Below, in pieces: positions 18,099-27,100 of a stretch of 56,771 nucleotides of DNA. Positions within the stretch are counted from its first letter, which is position 1, and the number at the start of each line of letters is the position of its first letter. The notes under the pieces are model-generated. The model saw nothing but the letters and a program-made list of their open reading frames with translations. It searched no databases and was not told the DNA's origin. Both the position numbers and the translations under genes were made by a program. The stretch comes from an uncultured Lachnospiraceae bacterium. Its GTDB lineage: Bacteria; Bacillota; Clostridia; Oscillospirales; CAG-272. Where the stretch lies: contig CAYXQF010000002.1 in the NCBI GenBank assembly GCA_964466625.1, forward strand, positions 1 through 56,771. The letters run 5' to 3'.

Positions 18099-19658
18099 TT
18101 AAGAAAAGTCCTTGCCAAGCGTCAGCGTATATGTCCATACGATCTCGTCCCCGTCGGAAAGATCGTAGCCATCACAGCCGACGTCCGCGCGCTCACCGCC
18201 AACGGTGTACGTCCAGCCGGAAAGATCACCGAAATCAAATTCATAAAGATAACCGATTCCTGAAACGTAAACAAGTCCTTCTGCGCCTTTTTTATCTATA
18301 TGGATTTTATACGTTCTCGCCGCTTCGGTGAGAATATCATAAACGGTGTCATTCGCATCGATCGCAAACACGGTCACGGGAAGGATCACACCATCTTCGG
18401 GAATATGATCGTCCCTGCCTGCCACGGTGTCACAGCGTATCGTCATGGTGACACTACCCACGATCTCACCCTTTTCCGTTTCACCGCCGTAATAGCCCTC
18501 ACGGCTTTCAATTTTCATAAACCAAACAAAACAGAGCAAAAGAGCAAAAACGATCGCCACCGCAAAGAAATTCTTCGGGTGTCGCTTTCCTGCAAGGAAA
18601 AGCACAAGGCATGCGACGAGTGCCACAGCAGCAAGGATCAACGTCACGGTCACGCGATAGTCAAGAGGGGTACCGCTGTCTGTCGGCTCGTTTTTCAAAG
18701 GAGAGAACACTGCATTCTCCGAAAGATCCAGATCGTAAAAAGATGTTTTTTCCGTCTGCATGCGGCGAAGCGCGATCAATGCGCAAAATGCCTGCGCCGT
18801 CGCGTTTTCACTCACTTCCCCGTCCAAGGTGTGCGCAAAGGCACCGTTTGGCAGACGAAAAACCGAAAGCGTATCAAGAAGTGTTTTTTCATTTTTTATA
18901 AAACGCGCATCGGTAAAAATATCAATATCCAGCGCCGCAAGCGCCATGATGACCTGCGCCGTGCTCTCTGCGTTCACCACGCCGTAGTTCACATAATGCC
19001 CGTCCTCACGCATGAGTGCAGACAAGCAATTGACGGCATCGGAAAGTGCTTTTTGCACCTTTTCCTGTTCGCGAAAATGCGCGAGTGCTTGTACCGCCAT
19101 CGCCGTCACGTCCGCATCGGCGCGCTCACCCGTCAGCGCAAAACCACCGTCCGCAAGTTGTTTGGAAAGGAGCATTTCTAAAATGGAATCCGCTGTATAT
19201 ATTTCAGAAAGAAGCCCGTTTGCCGCCATGTGAAGCCCGAAAACAAGGCTCATCACACCCAGCTTGCCCACGGAATCCTCGGCAGTTTCTGCCGTAAACT
19301 CATTTTTTACGCCACACGCAAGAAACGCGAGTGCATATTTTTGTTTGGTCACCGCATTGGATATTTTATTTTCCGAAACGTAAGCGCCAAGCGCTTGCAG
19401 ATAGTTCGAAAAATCATAAGCTTCGCCGCTCTGCGCGAGCGCCAGCACATACCATTCCGCACCACCCGCATTTTCACAAAGCGCACCGTCAAGCCATGCC
19501 TGCGCGTCTTCCTTTGCGGTGCTCCCTGCTTGATAGGTGAAAATACCATCAAGCAGAGCATCTGTCTTTTCGACAGAGCTTGCGGCGCTCACCGTCCCCG
19601 CAAAAAGAGAAAAGATCAGCGCCGTCAAAAGACAAAAAGCTCCTATTTTATGCTTCAT
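18099..19658 (-). CDS. Membrane-anchored protein: signal peptide, alpha/alpha-toroid (prenyltransferase/terpene-cyclase-like) domain, TM hairpin, DUF4430 (transcobalamin-like C-terminal) domain
   Basis: Signal peptide 'LFAGTVSAAS'. Repeated 'DGGF/NGAF..A.AQA..AL' helical-repeat signatures. Two adjacent TM helices (LILAAVALVACLVLFLAG / FFAVAIVFALLLCFVWF). C-terminal 'SGWTYTVGGERADVGCDGYDLSDGDEIVWTY'. Confidence 0.6.
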   Translation of the reverse strand: MKHKIGAFCLLTALIFSLFAGTVSAASSVEKTDALLDGIFTYQAGSTAKEDAQAWLDGALCENAGGAEWYVLALAQSGEAYDFSNYLQALGAYVSENKISNAVTKQKYALAFLACGVKNEFTAETAEDSVGKLGVMSLVFGLHMAANGLLSEIYTADSILEMLLSKQLADGGFALTGERADADVTAMAVQALAHFREQEKVQKALSDAVNCLSALMREDGHYVNYGVVNAESTAQVIMALAALDIDIFTDARFIKNEKTLLDTLSVFRLPNGAFAHTLDGEVSENATAQAFCALIALRRMQTEKTSFYDLDLSENAVFSPLKNEPTDSGTPLDYRVTVTLILAAVALVACLVLFLAGKRHPKNFFAVAIVFALLLCFVWFMKIESREGYYGGETEKGEIVGSVTMTIRCDTVAGRDDHIPEDGVILPVTVFAIDANDTVYDILTEAARTYKIHIDKKGAEGLVYVSGIGYLYEFDFGDLSGWTYTVGGERADVGCDGYDLSDGDEIVWTYTLTLGKDFS

Positions 19659-20457
19659 TTTTTTCTTTACCCGAAATCTTACGTGTGTAAATCACAACGG
19701 CGAATGCTACGCAGATGGCAAACACAATGATAAATGCCGCCACACCAAGCATCGTGTAGATCATGGCATTCGAAAGACCTTCCACATTTACCACGCAAAC
19801 AGGCGGAACCAAGGTCATACCTTCTTTTTCTGCACTGATGAGAAGTTCACCGGCATCATCAAGCGTCAAAGTAACTTTGCCGTTTGCATCGGTGATAAAC
19901 TCGGTCGCTTTGCCGTTTTGAGTGATCACAGCACCCGAAAGCGGTGTGCTGACGGGGTTCCAATTTTCATCGTAGCCTGCCTGCATGAGTGTGAGCGTCA
20001 CCTCGTCACCTCTTTCGCACTGATAGAGGATATTGCTGTCAAAATAGCTGTAAGTATCAGAAAAACCAAGCGTATCCGTGTAAACGAAAGCATAGATATG
20101 ATCGCCGCTCTGCACGGTGTCAAGCAAGCTGGAAGGGGAGGCATTGTTCACGTAATAGCCGTAAGAGCCGCCGTTTTCCACGCCCCAAAGTTTCACCATG
20201 GAGCGTCCCCACTCGGTTGCCTCGGAAATATAGCCGTTTTCGCCATCGAAAAATTCTTCGTGCGCGATACGCAAAACATCGTCAAGCGTCATATTATTTC
20301 TTTCAATCCACAATTCCGCACTCGCCAAGACAAGCGCGCCGTTTTCATCGGCGATGGTAACGTATACCCTATATCCCGGCTTCGAAGCGAAAACAGGCAA
20401 TGCAAACAAAGTAAACGCAAAAACTGCCGCAAGGCAAATAGAAATGATTTTTTTCAT
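19648..20457 (-). CDS. Secreted DUF4430-domain protein with an Ig-like/CarboxypepD_reg-like domain and a C-terminal TM anchor
   Basis: Signal peptide, 'GGSYGYYVNNASPSSLLDTVQSGDHIYAFVY', 'TDANGKVTLTL' and a C-terminal hydrophobic helix. AAAAAGGAG RBS. Confidence 0.65.
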   Translation of the reverse strand: MKKIISICLAAVFAFTLFALPVFASKPGYRVYVTIADENGALVLASAELWIERNNMTLDDVLRIAHEEFFDGENGYISEATEWGRSMVKLWGVENGGSYGYYVNNASPSSLLDTVQSGDHIYAFVYTDTLGFSDTYSYFDSNILYQCERGDEVTLTLMQAGYDENWNPVSTPLSGAVITQNGKATEFITDANGKVTLTLDDAGELLISAEKEGMTLVPPVCVVNVEGLSNAMIYTMLGVAAFIIVFAICVAFAVVIYTRKISGKEKNEA

Positions 20458-20505
20458 AAAAGATTCTCCTTTTTATTCTATACGGCAGTTTTGCTTGCCG
20501 TCATT

Positions 20506-21204
20506 TTATTTTACAGTAATCACACAAACGGGCGGAACAAGGTTCACGCCATCTTTTTCTGCGGTGATCACGTATTCACCTTTTTTATCAAGCGTCACGG
20601 TGACCTTGCCGTTTGCATCGGTCTTCATTTCGGAAGCTTTGCCGTTGATGTAGATCACAGCGCCCTCGGTCGCGGTGTCCAGCGGATTCCAGTTCGCATC
20701 GTAACCTGCCTGCATGAGTGTCAGCGTTACGCTGTCACCTTTTTTTGCGGAAACCGTAACAGCGTCAAAAAAGCTGTAAGTATCCGAGAAGCTGACCGTA
20801 TCGGTGTAGATATAAGCATACACATGGTCGCCTTCTTTCACTTCATCGGTAAGACCCATTGCCGAAGCGTTGTTGACACGATAGCCGTAAGAGCCGCCGT
20901 TTTCCACGCCCCAAAGTTTCACCATGGAGCGTCCCCACTGGGTTTCTTCCGCACGGAAGCCTGCCGCAGCGCCGCCTTCATAATTTTCATCATGCGCGGT
21001 GGTAAGGATATCGTAAATGGTGATCTTGCCGTCCGCGTCCGTGTCGGCAAGCGCGGTTGCCTGTGCCGAAAGAACAACTTCGCCGTTTTCATCGGCGATG
21101 CTCACGTATGCCACAGGACCTTTGGGTTCGGATTCGCACGCGGTGAATACGAAAACACCGAATGCAAGGACTGCCACAAGGCAGAGTGAAAAAATTCTTT
21201 TCAT
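20506..21204 (-). CDS. DUF4430-domain lipoprotein with an Ig-like domain (paralogue of 19648..20457)
   Basis: The start is moved to Met76 of the track ORF (MKRIFSLCLVAV...FTAC lipobox, AAAAGGAGAAAA RBS). Motif 'GGSYGYRVNNASAMGLTDEVKEGDHVYAYIY'. Confidence 0.65.
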   Translation of the reverse strand: MKRIFSLCLVAVLAFGVFVFTACESEPKGPVAYVSIADENGEVVLSAQATALADTDADGKITIYDILTTAHDENYEGGAAAGFRAEETQWGRSMVKLWGVENGGSYGYRVNNASAMGLTDEVKEGDHVYAYIYTDTVSFSDTYSFFDAVTVSAKKGDSVTLTLMQAGYDANWNPLDTATEGAVIYINGKASEMKTDANGKVTVTLDKKGEYVITAEKDGVNLVPPVCVITVK

Positions 21205-21280
21205 GATTTTTTCTCCTTTTATATTATAATATATGATACAGCGCCAAAGCGCGAGTATCCGAAGCATCGGCATTTCTCCC

Positions 21281-21326
21281 AAAACCAAAAATGCACTTTT
21301 TTGACGGATCTCATCAAAAAAGTGCA
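21281..21326 (-). terminator. Leader (attenuator) terminator upstream of the DUF4430 genes
   Basis: On the minus strand: TGCACTTTTTTGA-loop-TCAAAAAAGTGCA followed by TTTTTGGTTTT. It sits about 80 nt before the start codon at 21204. Confidence 0.75.
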
Positions 21327-21547
21327 GAAATTTCCTATCGCAACGCGCATAAGGCGCTCGGAGAAAAGCCGCATTTTCCAAATTTGCCCGAAAATGTGTT
21401 TCAACAAAGCTTCGCAAAACGGGGAGCATTCCGACTCAGGAACTAAGGTTCACATGACGGCAATGGCTGTTGCGTCGGATTTTCACCGAACTTTCCTCCT
21501 TACTTCCTTTTCTTACGAAAAGGATACCGTTTGCATCGTATTTCATT
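21281..21547 (-). promoter_or_regulatory. Candidate cobalamin-type riboswitch leader (aptamer about 21415..21520 plus terminator expression platform)
   Basis: The minus-strand RNA contains AAGGAGGAAAGUUCGGUGAAAAUCCGACGC. From memory, the consensus is AGGGAA..GGUG.AA.UCC...GC. It also contains GCCAUUG (compare GCCACUG), CCGUCAUGUGA (compare CGCUACUGUGA) and GAGUCGGAAUGCUCC closing against GGAG. A terminator follows. Confidence 0.5.
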
Positions 21548-21553
21548 GCTTCC

Positions 21554-21582
21554 ATTATAGCACAGCGATTTTTTCTTGTCAA
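21554..21582 (-). promoter_or_regulatory. SigA-type promoter with perfect consensus hexamers
   Basis: Minus strand TTGACA-17 nt-TATAAT (reverse complement of 21577..21582 and 21554..21559). Confidence 0.75.
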
Positions 21583-21690
21583 TGTATGCTTGTCCTTTTT
21601 TCTTGTAGAAAAAGGATTTTTCGGCGGCAGTCTGCAAGAGCAGGAAATGAAAAAGCTTGCATAATCGCATGAGAAATCCCAAAATAACTA

Positions 21691-21719
21691 TTGTAATTTG
21701 CACCCGATTGCGTTATAAT
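21691..21719 (+). promoter_or_regulatory. Probable asnS promoter
   Basis: TTGTAA-17 nt-TATAAT, about 58 nt upstream of the asnS ATG. Confidence 0.55.
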
Positions 21720-21776
21720 AACAATATATATCTAAAAATTAACAATAATTTTCTCAAATGAAAGGGACTATAAATT

Positions 21777-23171
21777 ATGAAACGCACAACGATCAAGGAG
21801 TTATATACCTCTCCCGAAAGTTTTGGCGGCAAAGAAGTCACCGTTGCGGGCTGGATCCGCACTGTACGCGCAAGCAACGTGTTCGGTTTTATTGAACTCG
21901 CAGACGGCAGCACTTTCCCCAGACTGCAAATCGTACTCGAAGCGGACAAGCTTGCTAACTATACGGAAATCGCAAAACTCAACGTAGGCGCGGCAATCGT
22001 TGCCAAGGGTACTTTTGTTCTCACCCCCGATGCCAAACAGCCTTTTGAACTCAAAGCAGAAAACATTGAGATCGAAGGTGTTTCCACACCCGATTTCCCG
22101 CTCCAGAAGAAGAAAACTTCTCTCGAATTTTTGCGCACGATCCCGCATCTCCGCGCAAGAACCAACACTTTCCAGGCTGTATTCCGCGTTCGTTCCGAAG
22201 CGGCTTACGCGATCCACAAATTCTTCAATGAAGAAGGCTTCGTTTACGTAAACACCCCCCTTATCACCGTTTCTGACTGTGAAGGCGCCGGTGATATGTT
22301 CCGCGTAACTGCTCTTGATATGGACAATCCCCCCAAGACCGAAGACGGCAAAGTGGATTTCTCCCAGGACTTCTTCGGCAAAGCTGCAAACCTCACCGTT
22401 TCCGGTCAGCTCCAGGGTGAATGCTTTGCGCAGGCTTTCGCAAAGATCTATACTTTCGGTCCCACATTCCGTGCAGAACGCTCTTTCACACAGCGTCATG
22501 CGGCAGAATTCTGGATGATTGAGCCCGAGATCGCTTTTGCAGATCTTGGTGACTACATGGATCTCGCAGAAAAAATGACCAAATCCGTAGTGGCACACGT
22601 TCTTGCGGCTTGTCCTTACGAACTTGAATTTTTCAATAAATTTATTGATAACACGCTTCTCGAACGCTTGCATAATATAGTATCGAGCGATTTCGCACGT
22701 ATTTCTTACACGGAAGCGATCAAGATGCTCGAAGAAAGCGGCAAAGACTTTGATTACAAACCCTATTGGGGCTGTGATATGCAGACAGAACACGAACGCT
22801 ACCTCTGCGAACAGGTATTCAAAAAACCTGTATTCGTTACCGACTATCCGAAGGAGATCAAATCCTTCTACATGCGCCTGAACGATGACGGCAAGACCGT
22901 TGCAGCAGCAGATATGCTCGTTCCCGGCGTCGGCGAGCTCATCGGCGGCAGCCAGAGAGAAGAACGCCCCGAAATGCTCACAGCGGCTTATGAACGCTGC
23001 GGTCTGAACGAAGAAGATTACTGGTGGTACTCCGAGCTTCGCAAATACGGCACGACCCGTCACGCAGGCTTCGGTCTTGGATTCGAAAGACTTATTATGT
23101 ATATCACCGGCATTTCCAATATCCGCGACGTTGAAGCATTCCCCAGAACCACCGGCAACGCCGACATTTGA
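21777..23171 (+). CDS. asnS: Asparagine--tRNA ligase
   Basis: Class IIb aaRS: N-terminal OB '[25 protein letters not shown]', motif 2/3 regions 'FGPTFRAE' and 'GFGLGFERL'. Confidence 0.95.
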   Translation: MKRTTIKELYTSPESFGGKEVTVAGWIRTVRASNVFGFIELADGSTFPRLQIVLEADKLANYTEIAKLNVGAAIVAKGTFVLTPDAKQPFELKAENIEIEGVSTPDFPLQKKKTSLEFLRTIPHLRARTNTFQAVFRVRSEAAYAIHKFFNEEGFVYVNTPLITVSDCEGAGDMFRVTALDMDNPPKTEDGKVDFSQDFFGKAANLTVSGQLQGECFAQAFAKIYTFGPTFRAERSFTQRHAAEFWMIEPEIAFADLGDYMDLAEKMTKSVVAHVLAACPYELEFFNKFIDNTLLERLHNIVSSDFARISYTEAIKMLEESGKDFDYKPYWGCDMQTEHERYLCEQVFKKPVFVTDYPKEIKSFYMRLNDDGKTVAAADMLVPGVGELIGGSQREERPEMLTAAYERCGLNEEDYWWYSELRKYGTTRHAGFGLGFERLIMYITGISNIRDVEAFPRTTGNADI

Positions 23172-23200
23172 TTTTCCCACAGAAAGAAGGCAACTATCCC

Positions 23201-24487
23201 ATGTCCAAATGCATCACCGAAATGGCAGAAGCAGAGCTGAAAAGCGAATATTCTGCCTTGCGCAATGAATATCAAAAAGTAAAAGCAAAAGGTCTTTCGC
23301 TCGATATGTCGCGCGGAAAACCCTGCACCGAGCAGCTCGGTCTTTCTGACGAGCTTCTCTTCTCCCTCAAAAGCAAAGACGACTGCAAGACCGCGTCAGG
23401 CTTTGATATTAGAAATTACGGTCTTCCCGGCGGCGTCCCCGAGCTTTCTGAGCTTTTCGCAGAGCTTCTCGACGTTCCCGCGAAAAACATCATTCTCGGC
23501 GGTAACTCCAGCCTTAACATGATGTATGACACCATGTGCCGTGCGATCCTTTTCGGTACTTACGGCAACTGCTTGCCTTGGAAAGATCAGGGCAAGATCA
23601 AATTCCTCTGCCCCGTTCCCGGCTATGACAGACATTTTGCCATCTGCGAACGCTGCGGCATCGAGCTCGTTCCGGTTTCCATGACGGGCAAAGGCCCCAA
23701 CATGGACGAAGTGGAAGAACTCGTGAAAGATCCTTCTGTCAAAGGTATCTGGTGCGTTCCAAAATACTCCAATCCCACGGGTGAAACCTACAGCGATGAA
23801 ACGGTCAGACGCATCGCCGCACTTCGTCCCGCGGCGGAAGACTTCCGCGTATTCTGGGATATGGCGTATGCGCTCCACGACCTTGACGATACCCCCGACA
23901 AGCTTCTCAATATCTTTGATCTCATCAAAGGCACCGAGAATGAAAACCTCGTTTATGCGTTCTTCTCCACCTCGAAGATCACTTATGCGGGCGCGGGTAT
24001 TGCACTCATGGTTTCCAGCGATGAAAATATCCGCCGCGCAAAAGCGGATATCGCGTTCCAGACCATCTCTCCCGACAAGATCAATCAGCTTCGCCACATG
24101 AAGTATCTCAAAGATGCGGATAACGTGCGCACGCTGATGAAAAAACACGCTTCTATCCTGAAGCCCAAATTCGATGCGACCATTCGTATCTTCCGTGAAA
24201 ACCTCGGCGATTGCAGCTACGTTCACTGGACGGAGCCCCACGGCGGCTATTTCATCTCTCTTGATGTGATGCCCGGCACAGCCATGCGCGTTGCTGAGCT
24301 TTGCAAAGAAGCAGGCGTCACCCTCACAGCCGCAGGCGCGACCTTCCCCTACAAAAACGATCCCGAAGACAAAAATCTGCGCATTGCTCCCTCGTATCCC
24401 ACCGCGGACGAGGTGACAAAAGCAATGGAAGTTGTTTGTCTTTGCGTAAAACTCGCGGCGACAGAAAAACTCGTCAACAACAAATAA
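23201..24487 (+). CDS. Class I/II PLP-dependent aminotransferase
   Basis: 'FSTSKITYAGAGIA' (PLP-Lys motif). The start is set at Met12 (MSKCITEM), after the asnS stop. Confidence 0.75.
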   Translation: MSKCITEMAEAELKSEYSALRNEYQKVKAKGLSLDMSRGKPCTEQLGLSDELLFSLKSKDDCKTASGFDIRNYGLPGGVPELSELFAELLDVPAKNIILGGNSSLNMMYDTMCRAILFGTYGNCLPWKDQGKIKFLCPVPGYDRHFAICERCGIELVPVSMTGKGPNMDEVEELVKDPSVKGIWCVPKYSNPTGETYSDETVRRIAALRPAAEDFRVFWDMAYALHDLDDTPDKLLNIFDLIKGTENENLVYAFFSTSKITYAGAGIALMVSSDENIRRAKADIAFQTISPDKINQLRHMKYLKDADNVRTLMKKHASILKPKFDATIRIFRENLGDCSYVHWTEPHGGYFISLDVMPGTAMRVAELCKEAGVTLTAAGATFPYKNDPEDKNLRIAPSYPTADEVTKAMEVVCLCVKLAATEKLVNNK

Positions 24488-24526
24488 GTAAGGAATAGAA
24501 AAATCAGAAAGGATTGGTTCTTAACA

Positions 24527-25954
24527 ATGGCAACAAACCGTTACGAAAGCGCATTTTCCGGCAGATATGCAAGCCCTGAAATGCAGTACCTCTTCTCTTC
24601 CGACAAGAAATTTTCCACATGGAGAAAACTTTGGATCTCCCTTGCAAAAGCGGAAAAAGCGATGGGCCTTGACATCACCGACGAGCAGATCGCGGAATTG
24701 GAAGCCCACGTTACCGATATCGACTATGCAGCGGCAGGCGAATATGAGAAAAAGCTTCGCCATGACGTTATGGCACATATCCATGCTTGGGGTGACGTTT
24801 GCCCGAACGCACGTCCGATCATTCACCTCGGTGCCACCTCCTGCTACGTTGGTGACAACACCGATATGATCATCATGAAAGACGCGCTCGCGCTCGTTCG
24901 TGAAAAACTTCTCGCCGTGATCAAAAACCTTCGCGATTTCGCGGATACATACAAAGCACTTCCTGCTTTGGCATATACGCATCTCCAGCCTGCACAGCTT
25001 ACTACCGTCGGCAAACGTGCAACCCTTTGGCTTTATGAGCTTACCCTTGACCTCCATGACCTCGATTTCGTGATGGAATCCTTGGCGCTCCTCGGTCAGA
25101 AAGGCACCACCGGCACACAGGCAAGCTTCGTAGAGCTCTTTGAAGGTGACACGGAAAAGATCGACAAGCTGGAAAAAATGATCGCTGACGATTTCGGTTT
25201 TGATAAAGTTGTTCCCGTTTCCGGTCAAACCTACACCAGAAAATTTGACAGCCGTGTGATGAACGTCCTTTCCGGCATCGCACAGAGCGCATATAAATTC
25301 GCAAACGATATGCGTATCCTCCAGTCCTTCAAGGAAATGGAAGAACCTTTTGAAAAGAATCAGATCGGTTCCTCCGCAATGCCTTACAAACGCAATCCCA
25401 TGAGAAGCGAACGCATCTGCGCACTCGCAAGATACGTCATCGCGGACACCGTAAACCCTGCCATCACCGCCGCTACCCAGTGGTTTGAACGCACACTCGA
25501 CGACTCTGCCAACAAGAGAATCGCCATGAGTGAAGCTTTCATGGCAGTTGACGCGATCTTGAATATCTATATCAACGTGACCTCCGGTCTTGTCGTATAT
25601 CCCAAGGTCGTTGAGGCAAGAATCATGCGTGAGCTTCCTTTCATCGCTAGCGAAAACATCATGATGGATCTTGTGAAAAAAGGTGGCGACCGTCAGGAAA
25701 TCCACGAAAAGATCCGTGTTCACTCCATCGCGGCAGGTAAACGCGTCAAAGAAGAAGGTCTTGACAACGATATGCTCGAACGCCTTTGCGCGGATCCTTC
25801 CATCAACACCACCATGGAAGAACTCAAAGCGATCCTTATCCCCTCCAAATACATCGGCAGATGTGTGGAACAGGTGGAAAGATTCCTCGCCAATGACGTG
25901 GATCCTCTCCTTGCAGACGGCGACCACGCAATGAAAGTGGAACTCAGCGTTTAA
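24527..25954 (+). CDS. purB: Adenylosuccinate lyase
   Basis: 'RYASPEMQYLFS' N-terminus and fumarate-lyase signature 'GSSAMPYKRNPMRSE'. Confidence 0.95.
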   Translation: MATNRYESAFSGRYASPEMQYLFSSDKKFSTWRKLWISLAKAEKAMGLDITDEQIAELEAHVTDIDYAAAGEYEKKLRHDVMAHIHAWGDVCPNARPIIHLGATSCYVGDNTDMIIMKDALALVREKLLAVIKNLRDFADTYKALPALAYTHLQPAQLTTVGKRATLWLYELTLDLHDLDFVMESLALLGQKGTTGTQASFVELFEGDTEKIDKLEKMIADDFGFDKVVPVSGQTYTRKFDSRVMNVLSGIAQSAYKFANDMRILQSFKEMEEPFEKNQIGSSAMPYKRNPMRSERICALARYVIADTVNPAITAATQWFERTLDDSANKRIAMSEAFMAVDAILNIYINVTSGLVVYPKVVEARIMRELPFIASENIMMDLVKKGGDRQEIHEKIRVHSIAAGKRVKEEGLDNDMLERLCADPSINTTMEELKAILIPSKYIGRCVEQVERFLANDVDPLLADGDHAMKVELSV

Positions 25955-25990
25955 TTTTTACAAAACTAACAAACGCAAAAGGGCGGGCTT

Positions 25991-26024
25991 TTACGCCCGT
26001 CCTTCTCTTTTTTCTTAAAAATAT
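25991..26024 (+). terminator. Intrinsic terminator after purB
   Basis: GGGCGGGC-loop-GCCCGTCC followed by a T-rich tail. Confidence 0.7.
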
Positions 26025-26045
26025 TCGATTCGGAGTGTATCAACT

Positions 26046-27056
26046 TTGAAAATTACCGTACTCGCAGGCGGTTTCAGTCCCGAACGCGACGTTTCTTTGC
26101 TTTCGGGTTCCCTCATCGCCAATTCCCTTTGCCACAGCGGCCACGCCGTGGCACTCGTTGACGTCTTTTTCCCTTACACGGGCGCGCTTGATGACAGCGC
26201 TTTCACCACGGACGGCAACTTTATGTATACCATTCCCAGCACACCGCCAAACCTTACAGAGCTTCGCGAAAAAGTACCCGGCACGGCGCTCATCGGTGAC
26301 GGCGTACTTGATCTTTGCAAGCAAAGTGACGTCGTTTTCCTCGCACTTCACGGCGGTATGGGTGAGGACGGACGCTTGCAAGCGATCCTCTCTTCCCTTG
26401 GAATCCCTTACACGGGCAGTCATTTTTCCGCGTGTCTTGCCGCGATGGATAAATCCATCTCCAAGCTCATTTTCCGTGCAAGCGGTGTTCCGACAGCAGA
26501 TTATACCCTCATCAAAGGCGGCACAAGACCGAAAGCCGTGCGTTTTCCTTGTGTTGTCAAGCCTTGTTCCTGCGGCTCTTCCGTCGGCGTTTCTATCGTA
26601 GAAAACGAAGCAGAGCTGGAAAAAGCACTTGCGGCGGCAGAAAAATATGAAGAAAAGATCCTCATCGAAGATAAGATCGAAGGCAGAGAATTTTCCGTCG
26701 GTATCCTCATGGGACGCGCACTTCCTGCCATCGAGATCCGTCCCAAAGAAGGCTTTTACGATTACGAGCGTAAATATCAATCGGGACTCACCGAAGAGAT
26801 CTGCCCCGCGCCTCTCACAGAGGAAGAAGCTTCTCGTCTGGCAGATGCGGCACTTCGCGCGCATCGCGCTCTTGGTCTTGGCAGTTACAGCCGCATCGAC
26901 TTTATCAAAGAAGATAGCACCGGCAAATTCATGTGTCTGGAGGCCAACACGCTTCCCGGTATGACACCGATGAGCCTTCTCCCCCAGGAAGCGGCGGCGG
27001 CAGGCATTGACTATGACACGCTTTGCCTCATGATCGCAAACGACGCACGCGGATAA
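26046..27056 (+). CDS. ddl: D-alanine--D-alanine ligase (TTG start)
   Basis: 'KITVLAGGFSPERDVSLLSG', 'ALHGGMGEDG' and an ATP-grasp C-terminus 'EANTLPGMT'. Confidence 0.9.
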   Translation: MKITVLAGGFSPERDVSLLSGSLIANSLCHSGHAVALVDVFFPYTGALDDSAFTTDGNFMYTIPSTPPNLTELREKVPGTALIGDGVLDLCKQSDVVFLALHGGMGEDGRLQAILSSLGIPYTGSHFSACLAAMDKSISKLIFRASGVPTADYTLIKGGTRPKAVRFPCVVKPCSCGSSVGVSIVENEAELEKALAAAEKYEEKILIEDKIEGREFSVGILMGRALPAIEIRPKEGFYDYERKYQSGLTEEICPAPLTEEEASRLADAALRAHRALGLGSYSRIDFIKEDSTGKFMCLEANTLPGMTPMSLLPQEAAAAGIDYDTLCLMIANDARG

Positions 27057-27100
27057 CCCCACCAAAAACAAAAAAATTCACTTGGAAAGAAGATGAAAGA

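Noticed and set aside
21583-21776. A T-box leader upstream of asnS might be expected, since it is common for aminoacyl-tRNA synthetase genes in Firmicutes.
   Set aside because: I found no T-box sequence (..GGGTGGTACCGCG..) and no terminator/antiterminator pair between the candidate promoter and the ATG. The leader would be only about 58 nt.
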